From Epiperipatus broadwayi (lineage: Eukaryota > Animalia > Onychophora), in the NCBI GenBank assembly GCA_028023455.1, contig JAQFVV010000005.1, positions 22,010,001 to 22,074,000 of the forward strand: a DNA stretch of 64,000 nt, written 5' to 3'. The notes under the pieces are model-generated. The model was not told where the DNA came from. It was given only the letters and a program-made list of their open reading frames with translations, and ran no database searches. The position numbers and the translations under genes are program-made. Shown here in pieces: positions 35,779 through 48,031 of the stretch. How positions within the stretch are numbered: the first letter of the stretch is position 1; every line of letters starts with the position of its first letter.

Positions 35779-36939
35779 ATTTACAGTCGTTTTCTCACTG
35801 AAGCTCAGAAATTGTTTTAGGTAGCTGAGTTGTTTCCAAACAAAAATATTTACAAGTTAATAAATACAAATTGTCAAAAAGACTTTTTTATTGATTAAAG
35901 AATTGGATATTAAAAATAAAAAGTTAATCCTAGAGAAATCATTTATGGTTTAAGTTTTGCTATTAGTTCACTAACCTTAATATTTCTTACACCCCGAAAC
36001 ATCACATGATCACTATTTCCTATACCTATTACAAATTTGGCTAAATATATGCAACTTTTTCATTACATAGCCAGTATAATCTTATATTAAGGATTCTTTT
36101 TATTTTACTAAAGATCTTAAATAAAGAGGATGTTATAGTTTGCTTTAATATTATCTTTTTTATTATTATTAATGTAATAGTTAATGAGACCATTTGAGTA
36201 CAAAATTTAAAAAAGTTTTTTTCCCAAAAAAATGTGTGTAAACCTTTTTTGGAGGTTTGAAATTATTTGATTTGTGTTTTTTTATGTATTTTGTCACATG
36301 TAAAAAAAAAAAAAAATTTTTATATTTTTAAAAAAAAATTTTTTATAAAAAAAAATTTTTTTTTTTAAAAAATATAAATTTATATATTTTTATTATGGGT
36401 GTCCCCCCCCCCCCCCCCCTTTTCCCTTCCCCTAAGGAAAACTTTTCTTCCTTTTTATTTTTATAATTGTATGACCATTTGAGTAATATTTTTATGGTTA
36501 TATGATGTAAATAAAGTATTTTTTGGATTAAATCGTGAAATAAAGTATTTTTCGGATAAAAACCGTGCATTTGTGTGTGTGTGTGTAAATCCCCTAAGTT
36601 TCAATCAAATATCATCCACCATTGTCAAGGTTAAGATCTTAATAAAAAATTGATAGACTTTAAGGAATAATAAGATTGAGCATAAAACAAAGAACATTCA
36701 CAGTCATTTTTATATTTATTTGATGGCTGATTATCTAGAATAGCTAGATTAACAAAAATTTATTTATTTCAGTTTTACAGTTGATTTTAGAAGAACGAGA
36801 TAAAACAAATGGTCTTTATAAAAATCTGTGGTGTGTTGAGCTTCATGAGATTTACTTAAACCACCTGGTCTTTTCAACGTGATATCCAACCTGTACTTTT
36901 CCATATTAGCAAATATTTTAGCATTATCAAAATTACTTG

Positions 36940-37140
36940 TGTAACCTAGTCAAAATAAGAGTCATAGATCACATGACTCTATCTCTTAAGCTTGTAAGTT
37001 ATAAACAGTGAGGATTGCCAATTCCTCTACAAGACAGAGCCAGCACTTAAAATATCTCTGTCAGGAACCCCTTCCCAAACCCCTGAACATGGTTTCGTGC
37101 TTTGGCACTCCTCAGGTGTCAGGGTAGGTTCAGACACTAG
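36940..37140 (-). mobile_element. Family C ~200-bp HHR-bearing repeat (PLE LTR-like)
   Basis: Reverse complement of 46785-47005 (CTAGTGTCTGAACCTA..., CCTGACAGAGATATTTTAA, AAGCTTAAGAGA...TCATGTGAT..GACTCTTATTTTGACT). Confidence 0.85.
37079..37120 (-). ncRNA. Family C hammerhead, core intact, stem I damaged
   Basis: GACAC-CTGAGGA-GTGC-CAAA-GCAC-GAAA-CCATGTT-C-AGGGGT; an apparent 4-nt deletion in the 5' strand of stem I relative to the 46.8-kb copy. Confidence 0.75.
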
Positions 37141-38617
37141 ACTTGTGTAACCTATTTCTAAAAAATGTGAAATAAAAGCTGATATATTTAACTTTTGATT
37201 GACATTTATTATACCCTAATTCTGACATTAATTCATCTATTGGATTGATTTACATAGTTTCTTGAGTACTGTAAACATGGAATTTCTTAGACATCTTGGT
37301 ATTCCAAAAGTGCTCGGTCTTTAGGTTTATGAAAAAAAATATTTTTTTTTGCTAGTGGAAAAGGTAGTCTTAATATTGAACTTAGATAATCTTCTACTAC
37401 TCCCAATATTATTAATAATGATATTAATACATGGTTTAATCCAAAAAATATTTTATATATATTGTAAATTGTTTTTTTAAAAAGATGTAATTGATTAAAT
37501 ATTTTAATATGTGGAAGTATCTGTTATATTTTTATATTAAAAAAAATTACTGTCAGATATGAATAGATAGTAATCAATGAAAATAGTAAACTATAAATGC
37601 TTCCTGTATTCAAAAGGACACATCTTCTAAGTGCAGTCTATAAATGGGAATCAGCTTCTTAATTTCAATATCAGCTTATCAGTTTAGCTGCCTCTACACT
37701 TCCAATGGTTCCAGGTTGTTTATTTGTTCTGCCATCAGTCCATTTCTTTACAGCAGAGAAAATGAAAAAGAAAGAAAATTTACTTGCCTCAGCTTATATA
37801 CACTATCTAATCAGTCACTGCTATTTTTCAAAAAACTGGATTTCTTTTCTTTTTAATTTTAACTTTTATTCTAGAAGTTAAATTTAATTTTTTTAAATCT
37901 CCAATTATACTTCTCTCTATTCTATCATCTGCTTCCCCCCACCCCCAATTTGGTAATGTTGCTTAATGACACTTCCTCTTAAATTTCTATTACAAAAATA
38001 AGTTAAAAAATAAGTATAGTATATCTTTTGTATTTTTAAGTTTTTCATTGCTTTAAAAGTACAATGATATGCTTATATATATATAAACAAAATCCACTAG
38101 ACGAATTCTACAAAATTAAAAATGCCTATATAAAATTAAAGAATAATTTCTTTGCTATAGCCAGCTTATGGCGTTTTCCACCATGTTGATTAGCAAAATG
38201 TTAAAATTTGAAGCTCGTTAAACTCGCATAACAGTATATCATAAATCAATCATTAGATGTATATCGACTATTTTTCCCAATTTTTCTATTTTGTGAGTCT
38301 TCAATTTTCTTATAAGTATGTCCTTTTTTATGGACATGTCATCATTATCAGTAGCAGCAACTTGCAAATGAGTAGAGCCATACTAATTCCAAAAAAATAA
38401 GAGAGAGACAAAACAACAACAATAAATAATAATAATAATTCAATTAATTTATTTAAATGCAAAACAATAGCTTATAAATAATTACAGATTGCACATAAAA
38501 TAGTAAAGAGAATATATACAATGCATGTTACATAATAAAAGAAAACAACAAACAATGAATAACATACATAGATGGAATAAATATTTGAAATACATATACC
38601 TGGAGCTTAATTATAAA

Positions 38618-39207
38618 TATAGGGGATTTGAACACAGACTTTCAAGCACTCTTCAACTATCCACCCTCTCTCATACCACTGATACACATGACCACACACA
38701 TGTAGAAAAGAAATAATCACCAATATATGTATTTCATGCTGAACTAACACTTATCAGTTGGTCAAGATTATTATCTCACACATATATACATAATTAGTGC
38801 TCAGTTTATATTAAGATAGCAAATCTTCATACTTTAATGGACAGGCTTCAATCTACTCCAACTCTTCAACTATCTACATCATTGAAAATCTGTTATTGAC
38901 ATTAGCATGGGATTTAGGCTTTCCATCATCAGACTTTCAATGGTATGGATGGTTGAAGAGTTGAAGGTTGGAGTAGATTGAAGCCTGTCCATTAAAGTAT
39001 GAAGATTTGCTATCTTAATATAAACTAAGCACTGGTTATATATATATGTATGGTAGATGATAATCTGGCCCAACTGATGAGTGCTGGTTCAGCATGAAAT
39101 TTGTGATTATTTATCTTTTCTACAGGTGTGTGGTCATGTGTATCAGTGGTATGAGATAATGTGGATAGTTGAAGGGTGCTTGAATGTCTGTGTTCAAATC
39201 CCCTATA
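38618..39207. mobile_element. Family B fold-back element (~590 bp) with an HHR in each arm
   Basis: ~270-bp arms (38618-38892 / 38930-39207) from TATAGGGGATTTGAACACAGAC to GTCTGTGTTCAAATCCCCTATA. HHRs at 38720-38761 (-, CUGAUAA) and 39070-39103 (+, CUGAUGA-GUGCU-GGUUC-AGCAU-GAAA, stem III deleted). Confidence 0.9.
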
Positions 39208-39289
39208 GAGAGAATAAATGTAAATTAATCAGAAATGCCATTTAAATGTAAGAATATTGTAAAATTGCTTAAGGTCTATATTAAAATGA

Positions 39290-40330
39290 ATAGTATTAGT
39301 AAAAACCTGATCATATAAAGAAGGTAGCCTGAATAAGAAAACTTAAGCACATTGGAAAGACAAGGTTGAATATAACACAGAAACAGACCACGGATATCAT
39401 TCTCATGAGATTTAATTATAATAGGTGAAATAATTTTAGGCAAAATAACCTGTCCATTTATAATTTTGTTAAAAAAAATTTTAATCACTTATATTTCCAT
39501 TAAGTATGAAGATAAAGATAAAGTTTATTTTCCAGGAAAACATTTGAAGAATTTATTAAATATTGATTGTAATAAATTATATCTTTGTTTAGAATTATAA
39601 TTCCAAATGACTGAACAATATTCAATGGTGAAAAGATCCAATGATAAAAATAATTTGAATTTTGTATCATCACTGAAATATTGGTCATGCCTAAAAATGG
39701 TACTCATGATTTTAAAAGCTTTACTAACAATCATTTTTATATGAGGAAGAAAGAATCCATTATTAGTAAATAAGACTCCCAGATCTTTTTGAACTGCATC
39801 AAGATTAATTATATGAGATTTAATAAAAGAAAAAAAATTAAAATTTCAGATTTCTTAGAAAATGAAACAAAGGAACATTTATTTAGGTAAATTGACATAT
39901 TATTTGAATTATACCAGATTGCATTGAAGTGTATGTAAGAAGAGTATATAGAACAATTTAATATATATTAATTATACCAGGTACTAAAATTATCAACATC
40001 TTTATGAAGAAGAGTATAATCAATGACCGATGTGATTCTTCTAAAGATTTTACAGTCATCGCATAGAAGATAAAAAAATTTCAGGCAATCATTAAGGTAA
40101 TTGATATAAATGTTAAAAAGCATGGTTGTTAAAATATTACCCTGCAGAACACTAAATTACATTTGAAATAAAAGGAAATATTGTTGAATTTAGCATATGC
40201 TGTAGCACTACAAATAAAAAAATTGAATCTGATGAATAAGTTTAGTAGAAAATCCAATTTTATATAGTTTGTGAAGGAAAATGATGTAGTCTACTTTATC
40301 AAAGGCTTTCAATAAATCAAAATAAATAAC
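39290..40330 (-). mobile_element. CR1/L2/Jockey-like LINE relic
   Basis: ORF 39525-39734 IVSKAFKIMSTIFRH..F.D....LFLSL....IEYCSVIWN....LLQSIFNKFFK resembles the SLVRSxLEYxSxxW region; otherwise degraded. Confidence 0.55.
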
Positions 40331-40479
40331 ATCAAAACTAAACATAAATAATAAGCAAATTGGTATCTACTAATCTACTAGGAATAAAACCATGTTATGA
40401 AGAAGAAATGATTTGACAAACATAGAAATTATTTTATTATAAACACACCTTTCAAAAATTTGAATACTTGTTATTTAAG

Positions 40480-40760
40480 ACAGAAAGGCTGCAGAAAGGA
40501 GTTTGCTATTAATAGAAAGGAGACCCTTAGATTCCTCTTGGAGGCCTTAAAGGAACCGAGCAGGGCAAATTCAATGTCTACTCCATATGTTCTTGTCGTT
40601 GCAGCTGTTATTACTATGTGATTATTCATATAGTATACGAACATAGATGGGCTGCTCACCAACACCATTAGCCAGCGTGGTGAGTTTATTGGCTTTTTAC
40701 CTTTGAGTTTAAAATCAAGAAACACCATGGTCTTTCTTCTCAGTTGCCTGATAAGGCAGA
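40480..40760 (+). mobile_element. Probable PLE GIY-YIG region relic
   Basis: One + frame reads KFNVYSICSCRCSCYYYV...RWAAHQHH*PAW, similar to the PLE pattern NVVY..CxC..Y.G.T...R..QH.P.W. Lies outside the RTE TSD; homologs at 6490-6720 and 34760-35030. Confidence 0.5.
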
Positions 40761-40824
40761 ATGAATGTTTGTGTAAATGATATTTTCCCAATAGATATAT
40801 ACAAATTTATGACAGACAAAAATA

Positions 40825-43800
40825 AATCATGGCCCTTATTCCCAGGAGGCTGTAAAGTCACCAACCAAGGCAGCGGTTGGTGGCTGAAGGCGGAGGGTGC
40901 TAGGAATCCCCTGATTGCAGACCCAGGCTGCCATTTGATGATGACTTTATTTAGGTACTTACAACTGCAGATCACTTTCAAGTGAAGGAAGATTGCAAGA
41001 ATTAGAAGAAGAACTGTCTTATATTAAATGGGATATTATTGGACTTAGTAAAGTTAGAAAAAAAGGTGAAGAGACAATTGATTTAAAAAGTGGACATGTA
41101 CTCTATTATAAAGACACAAATATTGGAAATACAAGTGGAGTAGGATTCATTATAAATAAAAAGTGGATGAACAACATTGTGGAGATTGATGGTGTATCAG
41201 ACAGGGTGGCAAGATTAGTTATACAACTTAATAGCAGATACCAAATGCAGATAATTCAGGTTTATGCTCCAACAAGTGCTCATAGTGATGAAGTAGTAGA
41301 AGATTTTTATATGGATGTACAAAAGGCTTTCGATCAGAGTAAACAACATTTTAAAATTGTTATGGGAGACTTTAATGCTAGAATTGGTAAACAAATGAAA
41401 GATGAAAGTGCTGTAGGTAATTTTGGTTATGGTAATAGAAATGAGAGAGGACATAGACTAGTGGAGTTTGCTGAAAAAGAAAAACTTTATATTATGAATT
41501 CTTTTTTTGAGAAAAATGTTAAAAGGAAATGGACATGGAAGGATCCCAATGAAGGTACAGCAGAATTGGATTATATTTTGACTAACAGAAAATACATATT
41601 TCAAGATTGTAATGTTCTTAATAAATTTAACACAGGAAGTGATCATCGATTAGTAAGATGTAAGATACGTGTTAATGCAAAACTAGAGAGACAAAAATTA
41701 TTAAGAAAAATAATTTTTACAGTTGATATTCCTAATCTTCAGAAACATTCTAATGAATTTAAATTAGAACTTACAAATCGGTTTCAAGTATTAGTAGATT
41801 TTGAACATGATTTAGATTTGAATGAAATTAATATGAAAATAACTGATACACTTTTAAAAACTGAAACAAAGATAGCTGGTAGAAAAAAGCAGCAATTGAC
41901 CAATAAAATTTCTACTGATACTAGAGAATTTATGAAGAAAAGAAGGAATATGAAGATATACAAAAATGTTGCATTAAAAAGGATTGAATATCTCGAATTT
42001 TGTAAAATGATATGGAAAAGAGTTAAAAATGATATAAGAAAGTATAACTGTGAACTAGTAAGGAAAGCTGTAGAAGAAAATAAAAGTCTCAAGAATGTAA
42101 AACAACATTTTGGTATTGGTAGGAAATTTATATCTGCAATAAGAAAAAAAGATGGAATTATTACTAAAAAGAGAGAAGACATTATGAAATGGGTAGAAGA
42201 CTTTTATCAAGAATTATATAAGTAAATAAGCAAATATTTTATCTAGCGTCGTGCTTGCAATTATATTTCATTCCAATATCAGCCTTTCAAGCTAATTGAG
42301 CATGCACCTTTGAGTTAAATAAATGAATACTCTCCTCTTCAATCCAAGATATAGCATTTATGCAGGAATCTACTCATGCTGTCTTCAGAAGTTCTTCAGA
42401 TTTGCTCATATAAAAGAATTTGAGTCATAGGAATAAGAGGGATTCTTTTTATTCCTGCATAAATGCTATATCTTGGATTGAAGAGGAGAGTATTTATTTA
42501 TTTAACACTCTCAAAGGCGCGTGCTCAATTAGCTTGAAAGGCTGATATTGGAATGAAACAAGAATTATATAGTAATAAAGAACAAGTACCTTCTATTTCT
42601 ATTATATCTTCTGAATTGTCCAGAATTTTAAATGAAGAAGTGAAGCATGCAATTAAATGTATGAAGAAAGGAAAGGCTCCAGGTAATGATGGAATTATAA
42701 TTGATATATTAAAAGAAGTAGGTGAAGAAATAGAATTTTTTTTAGCAAAGTCATATACCAAATGTCTAAATGATAAAGATGTACCAGATGATTGGAAGAA
42801 TGTAGTAATAATATTAATATTTAAAGAAGGTGATAAAGAAGATATTAGAAATTACAGACCTATCAGCCTTTTATCTGTTTTATATAAAAATTTTACCAAG
42901 ATAATTACAACTCATCTACAAAGAACAAGCTGGATTTAAAAGTGGTTTTAGTACAGTAGATCATATCCAGGTATTGAGAGAAGTTATAGAAAAGACAAAT
43001 GAATATGAGTTGCCATTATGTTTTGGATTTGTAGATTATGAAAAGGCATTTGATTCTATAAACATTTCTTCAGTGATTAAAGCATTGGATCATCAAGGTA
43101 TAAATCCAGGATATTGTCATATTTTAAAGAATATTTATAAAAATGCAACAGCAACAATTAGATTACATAATGATACTGGGAAAGTCAACATTGAGAAAGG
43201 TGTAAGACAAGGTGACTCCATATCTCCAAAACTTTTTACAGCAGTGTTGCAAGAAATATTTTGTGGATTAAAATGGAAAACTAAAGGAGTGAAAGTAAAT
43301 GGAGATTATTTAAGTCATTTAAATTTTGAGGTTGATATAGTTGTTTTTGCAAATAATGCTTCAGAGCTGCAGGAAGTGTTGCAGGAGTTATCAAATGAAA
43401 GTAGGATTAAAGATAAATGTTAAAAAGACTAAAGTAATGTTTAATCGATTTGCTCAAAATATGAAAATAAAGATTGATTATGATGAATTAGAAGAAGTTA
43501 ATAGTTACAAATACCTTGGTCAGATTATTAATACAGATGGAAACATAATGGATGAAATTAATCATAGAATTAAACTTGGTTGGAGTGCTTTTAGTAGAAA
43601 TAACTTGATACTAAAAGGAAATATGCCTATGTGTTTGAAACGGAAGGTTTTTAACAAATGTGTTTTACCAGTTCTTACTTATGGATCTGAGACTTGGACA
43701 CTTAATAGAAGAGCAATACAGAGACTCCAGATCACTCAAAGAAGTATGGAGAGATGCATGTTGGGATAACAAGAAGAGATCGAAAACGCAATGTATGGGT

Positions 43801-44091
43801 AAGAGAACAAACAGGTGTTACTGACCTCATTGAAAAAATTAAAAGATTGGAGTTGGGCTGGGCATATTGCTAGAAGAGATGATAATATATGGGCAATTGA
43901 AATCTTAAACTGGATTCCAAGAGATTGTAAAAGACCCAGAAAGAGACCACATGTGAGATGGATGGATGGATGGAATAAAGTATGCAGGGGTGATGTGGAG
44001 AAGAGAAGCTAAAGATCGGAGATGGATTAAACTTGGAGAGACCTTCATCCTGCAGTGGATTGATAATGGTTGATGATGATGATGATGAAGA
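40825..44091 (+). mobile_element. Near full-length RTE-clade LINE (APE + RT), disrupted
   Basis: APE: GTYNCRSLSSEGRLQELEEELSYIKWDIIGLS..VYAPTS..MGDFNA..ELDYIL..GSDHR (40954-42225). RT: GKAPGNDGI, NYRPISLLS, FVDYEKAFDS, GVRQGDSISPKLF, YKYLG, YGSETWT, WAGH. (GAT)n tail; 11-bp TSD AGACA(A/G)AAATA at 40814-40824 and 44092-44102. Contains frameshifts and an internal insertion. Confidence 0.96.
42221..42558. mobile_element. 338-bp fold-back insertion inside the RTE ORF
   Basis: Arms 42266-42369 / 42451-42558; 13-bp TSD CAAGAATTATATA at 42208-42220 and 42559-42571, so the RTE peptide QELY appears twice. Confidence 0.92.
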
Positions 44092-44109
44092 AGACAGAAA
44101 TAGGTCTAT

Positions 44110-44830
44110 ATTAACAAAATTCCTGTATCCATACTTAAAAATTGGGATCATTTTGGAAAATTTAAGAATATTAGAAAAAATACAGAAATTAAATGATCAA
44201 TTAAAATTGAAAGCAATATTACATGATGATCTATTATTCTATTTATTTGATATATTGTCATGCTATCTTTTAACTTTTTTTGCAACAAACTGTTGTTGTT
44301 TTTTAATATTTCAACACCATATCAAACTGTTGTTCTCCAATATATTCTATTTTTTGTCACATCTTCCCAGTGAAAACAATCAACATTTCACTGTTTTAGA
44401 ACTTCTATGAAATAATCTTTATAATCAAACAGGTTCTTCATCTGTCATGAAAATCTTGTGCAAGTTCACCATGTAACATTTTCTTTTTAACAAATTTTGT
44501 ATTGTTCATTCGTCTCATATGCCAGACAATATTGATTGATCTTATGTTACTTTTATAATTTTAGAAGCATTCTTAAATTAATTTTTTTAATGCCGTTATG
44601 TTTTGTTGATAAGGTGTCCAATTGTTCCCCATACAATAAATTAGATAAAGTAATAATTCTACATACGGTTTATTTATTTGCAATATTTATTTTACTGTGA
44701 TGAAATATTCTTTCAACTTCTTAAAAGCAGCAGCAACATATTGGAGTCTTATTTCGCATCTTTTTCAGTGAAATTGATACTTATTGCTATTTAAAGAATA
44801 TCAATACAATTCTAATAATTTTCTAAAATA
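44110..44830 (-). mobile_element. Older RTE-like LINE relic
   Basis: Minus strand AAFKKLKE.., LYGEQLDT.., IVWH..MNNTKFV; heavily mutated. Confidence 0.45.
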
Positions 44831-44939
44831 TCTACATCCCTCATATTTATTTTTTAAAAAAAAACAACTTTACTTTTTTGATTAACTAAAAAAAATTGAA
44901 AGCAGTGTTTCTTTCGAATACAAATCTTGTTCCGCTTGA

Positions 44940-45140
44940 AATTTGTGGGCAACTTTTCACGCTTTACCGGTATAATAATTTTCAGAAGAAAAAAAAACAA
45001 AACATAAAGATGTTCTAATCACGTGATATGTGACGCAGATTTCTTCAAAGTAAAAGTTACTTACGAGTCTTTACAGGACGTTAAAGGCATCATCGTACGC
45101 GGACTGCCTAAGAATCCGCCCAAATGTTATGGGTAAGTTG
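44940..45140. promoter_or_regulatory. CpG-retaining promoter-like patch with splice donors on both strands
   Basis: Dense CpGs, TCACGTGA at 45019-45026, a + strand donor GG|GTAAGT at 45133 and a - strand donor TC|GTAAGT at 45064 (ACTTAC 45059-45064). No downstream exons confirmed. Confidence 0.35.
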
Positions 45141-46784
45141 AAACTAAATTAAAATTATTTTCATATAATAGAAGTTTAAAGTTGAATATTTTTAAAATGT
45201 CCAAATTGTTTTTTTAATTATTATTTTATTCGGAGAGATTTTTGAAAGAGAATTTAGGTCGCAGTTTACCTACCTGTTGATTATCTCATTTCTCGGATAT
45301 AAACTTTGCGTGCTATTATGTCATCTGTAATTGATTATTAAATAAAATAGAAGTATTCTCCGTGAATTATATTATAGCTTTGTTCAGAGATGTTTCTTTT
45401 ATTTAAGGTATTACTGAAAACTTATAAGTTACTTTTTACAATGGAGGTTTAATCTGCAGTGAACAAATTTTCGAGTCAGCGTCCTAATTTCCCTCAGGGT
45501 ATAAGAATTTCATTGGCACGTTGATATTAAATAAATGTATATACGATCAATTTGAAAGAATATATTATCTAAATGTAAGATTTATTACGTGAATATAATA
45601 TATAATATGATAAAAAACTAACAGAAAAAACAAGTATATTATTTTGTTTGATAATAAATAATTGCCGAATGTATATGATTGTTATTAGTAATAAATATAT
45701 TTTAATTAAAAAAAATAATATCATTAAAATATGATTAAATTTATAGATATATTTTGTATTAATGTTATTAATATATCATATGTCTGTGTTTATGAAACCT
45801 TAGTCATTATGTCTAACAAGTTATGAAGGATGTAATTAAATTTTTCTCAGTTGACATTGTAAGTAGATTGTACACCTTGAATTCTGTTGCATTTGGGAAT
45901 ACCTGCTTAGAATTTTTAAATACCTGTATTTTACTATAAAATGGGACGCAGTTACTAAACATATATGCGTTGAGTAAAAAATACTACTACTATGGCTGGG
46001 ATCAAATAATAAGAAAATATGATCGTTGTCAGAAATAATACATTGCTTTTCGCAATAATAATAATATATAAAGATTAAAGATAATAAAAACAGTTACATC
46101 TTAAATTTAATTAATGAGGATAATAATAAAGGGGGGAGATTGGGATCGGGAGACAGTAAATATAATATCAAACCGAATTAAAATTTTATATACATTTTTA
46201 TTTTATAAAAATACTTGCTACGGTATATATAGAGAGAAAGGGAGAATATTAAAATTAATATCTAAATATAAAATGATAGAATTCATTTTATATTGGCATA
46301 CAAAGCTATGTAAAGTTACTGCCTACACACCTCAACCTGTTTTTCGGTAGAGAATTTGACGCATATGCACGCATACTTGCTATATTATTTTTATGGGGAC
46401 ATATTTGTTGCATTTATTATTAAAACATTCACAGAAATTTATTATTTTTATATTTCATTTGTTATAGATTTATTTGTACATAGGTTATATTTTGAGAGTT
46501 TTCACACACACACACATATATTTCCACGTGTACAATTCTTGTACAATCTTAATGACAATTTATCCTCTTTTTTTTTGGATAAACATATTAATGTTATGAA
46601 TTCATTGTGCTAGTGAAATGTAGATTTCAAACTCAGGTATAGATCAGCACATTTATTATTATAAATTTTAATCATGGTATTTGAGTTGGATAGCTGGGTT
46701 TGAAGACATGTAAATGTCTGAAAATTTCAGATTTTCCACTCAATAGATAACTTTTAGTTAAATGCTGGCTTTGGGTTGGTGTTT

Positions 46785-47005
46785 TTAGATCTAGTGTCTG
46801 AACCTATCCTAGCACCTCTCTGAGGAGTGCCAGAGCACGAAACCAGGGTCAGAGGTTGGGGGGGTCCTGACAGAGATATTTTAAATGCTTTCTCTAGCTA
46901 AGCATTTATCACAAAGCTTGTTGATGAATTGGCAATCCTCTTTGTTTATAACTCACAAGCTTAAGAGAATAGGGTCATGTGATATGTGACTCTTATTTTG
47001 ACTAT
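46785..47005 (+). mobile_element. Family C ~220-bp HHR-bearing repeat
   Basis: Homologous to 36940-37140 (reverse). Confidence 0.85.
46814..46856 (+). ncRNA. Canonical minimal type I hammerhead ribozyme, family C
   Basis: ACCTCT-CTGAGGA-GTGC-CAGA-GCAC-GAAA-CCAGGGT-C-AGAGGT. Perfect 6-bp stem I, G10.1-C11.1 stem II with tetraloop, all core nucleotides present, GUC site (cut after 46850). Confidence 0.9.
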
Positions 47006-48031
47006 TTATGCTTTGTATTATTTTAATTCCCTCTCCTTTTTTTTTACACATACCTATTGTTAAGTAATATTTGGAAATCTGTTAAATATCACAAGCCTTC
47101 ATATAAATGAATAGACATAAAAAAAGAGATGACAATTTGACTGTTTCTGTTATCTACTCATTTGTTTGAATGATTGTGATATTGAACAGAAATTTTTTTA
47201 ATGTGTGTCTATGTAAAAACATCCTGAAGATGACTTATGCACAAATTCTGAAATGTAGCAAATAATAAATGTAAAAATGTTACTTATTACAGCATTAGTA
47301 ATATATAATCATTGATCAATAAACTCTTCAGCACTTTGGGTAGTTAGTAGTTAGTGATTAAATATAAAAATAATAAATTGTAATGACTATTATAATTACA
47401 GAAGAAGCAAAAGTTCATCTACAAAAATAATCCAGCTTCAGTAGCACTGAAATAGCAAATGAAAGAAAGATAAAAAATTGATATAGAAATTATTGATAAA
47501 AGAGTGTGAGGTTTATGGGTTTAAACACTTTTTAATACTACGGTGATAGACCACCCTAAGCAGAAGGGAGAATATCCTTGATAACAGAGCCATCAACGAT
47601 ACCCACGGTCAGATCAAACTATGCAAGGGATAACATGATCACATTTCCAGATTGTGGTCAACCCTTGACTGCTGATTCACACCACTGCCGTCCAAAGCAT
47701 TTTATTTGTTTAAGGATCAATCTTAGGCACCAGCCGACCACAGGTTATAGTCAGCATGATTCTGATGACAGGCACACAATCTAGCACTTGGAAATATTCC
47801 CTGACTAACTCGTACTCTGATTCAGGGTCCAGCACCTTTATTTAACACATAAAAAAATAACTCTATGCTAATTTACTGGTGACGCAGTGACAAGAGAGAA
47901 AGAGAACATAGGCAAAATAACAAAGCAAAGAATATTTATTTATGCACACATATATTTAACACACTATAACAATAATAAATTTTATATAAGAAAATTTTAA
48001 ATGATTACTTTAGACTATAGTTATAATAGTC

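Noticed and set aside
36300-36425. A/T-run quasi-palindrome and poly-C tract
   Set aside because: Low-complexity sequence, possibly affected by sequencing error.
38239-38382. Minus-strand 47-codon frame after a pyrimidine tract and AG (YGSTHLQVAATD...IDL*), a possible terminal exon
   Set aside because: No recognisable homology, phase does not fit the 45064 donor, no clear poly(A) signal; the flanks look TE-like.
40471-40791. Minus-strand ORF with look-alikes at 6367-6612 and 34769-34954, suggesting a conserved small protein family
   Set aside because: Similarity follows from a shared DNA repeat; the opposite strand carries GIY-YIG-like motifs, so these are antisense shadows.
47536-47848. 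GC-richer island resembling a solo LTR
   Set aside because: No clear TG...CA termini, TSD or second copy in the window.
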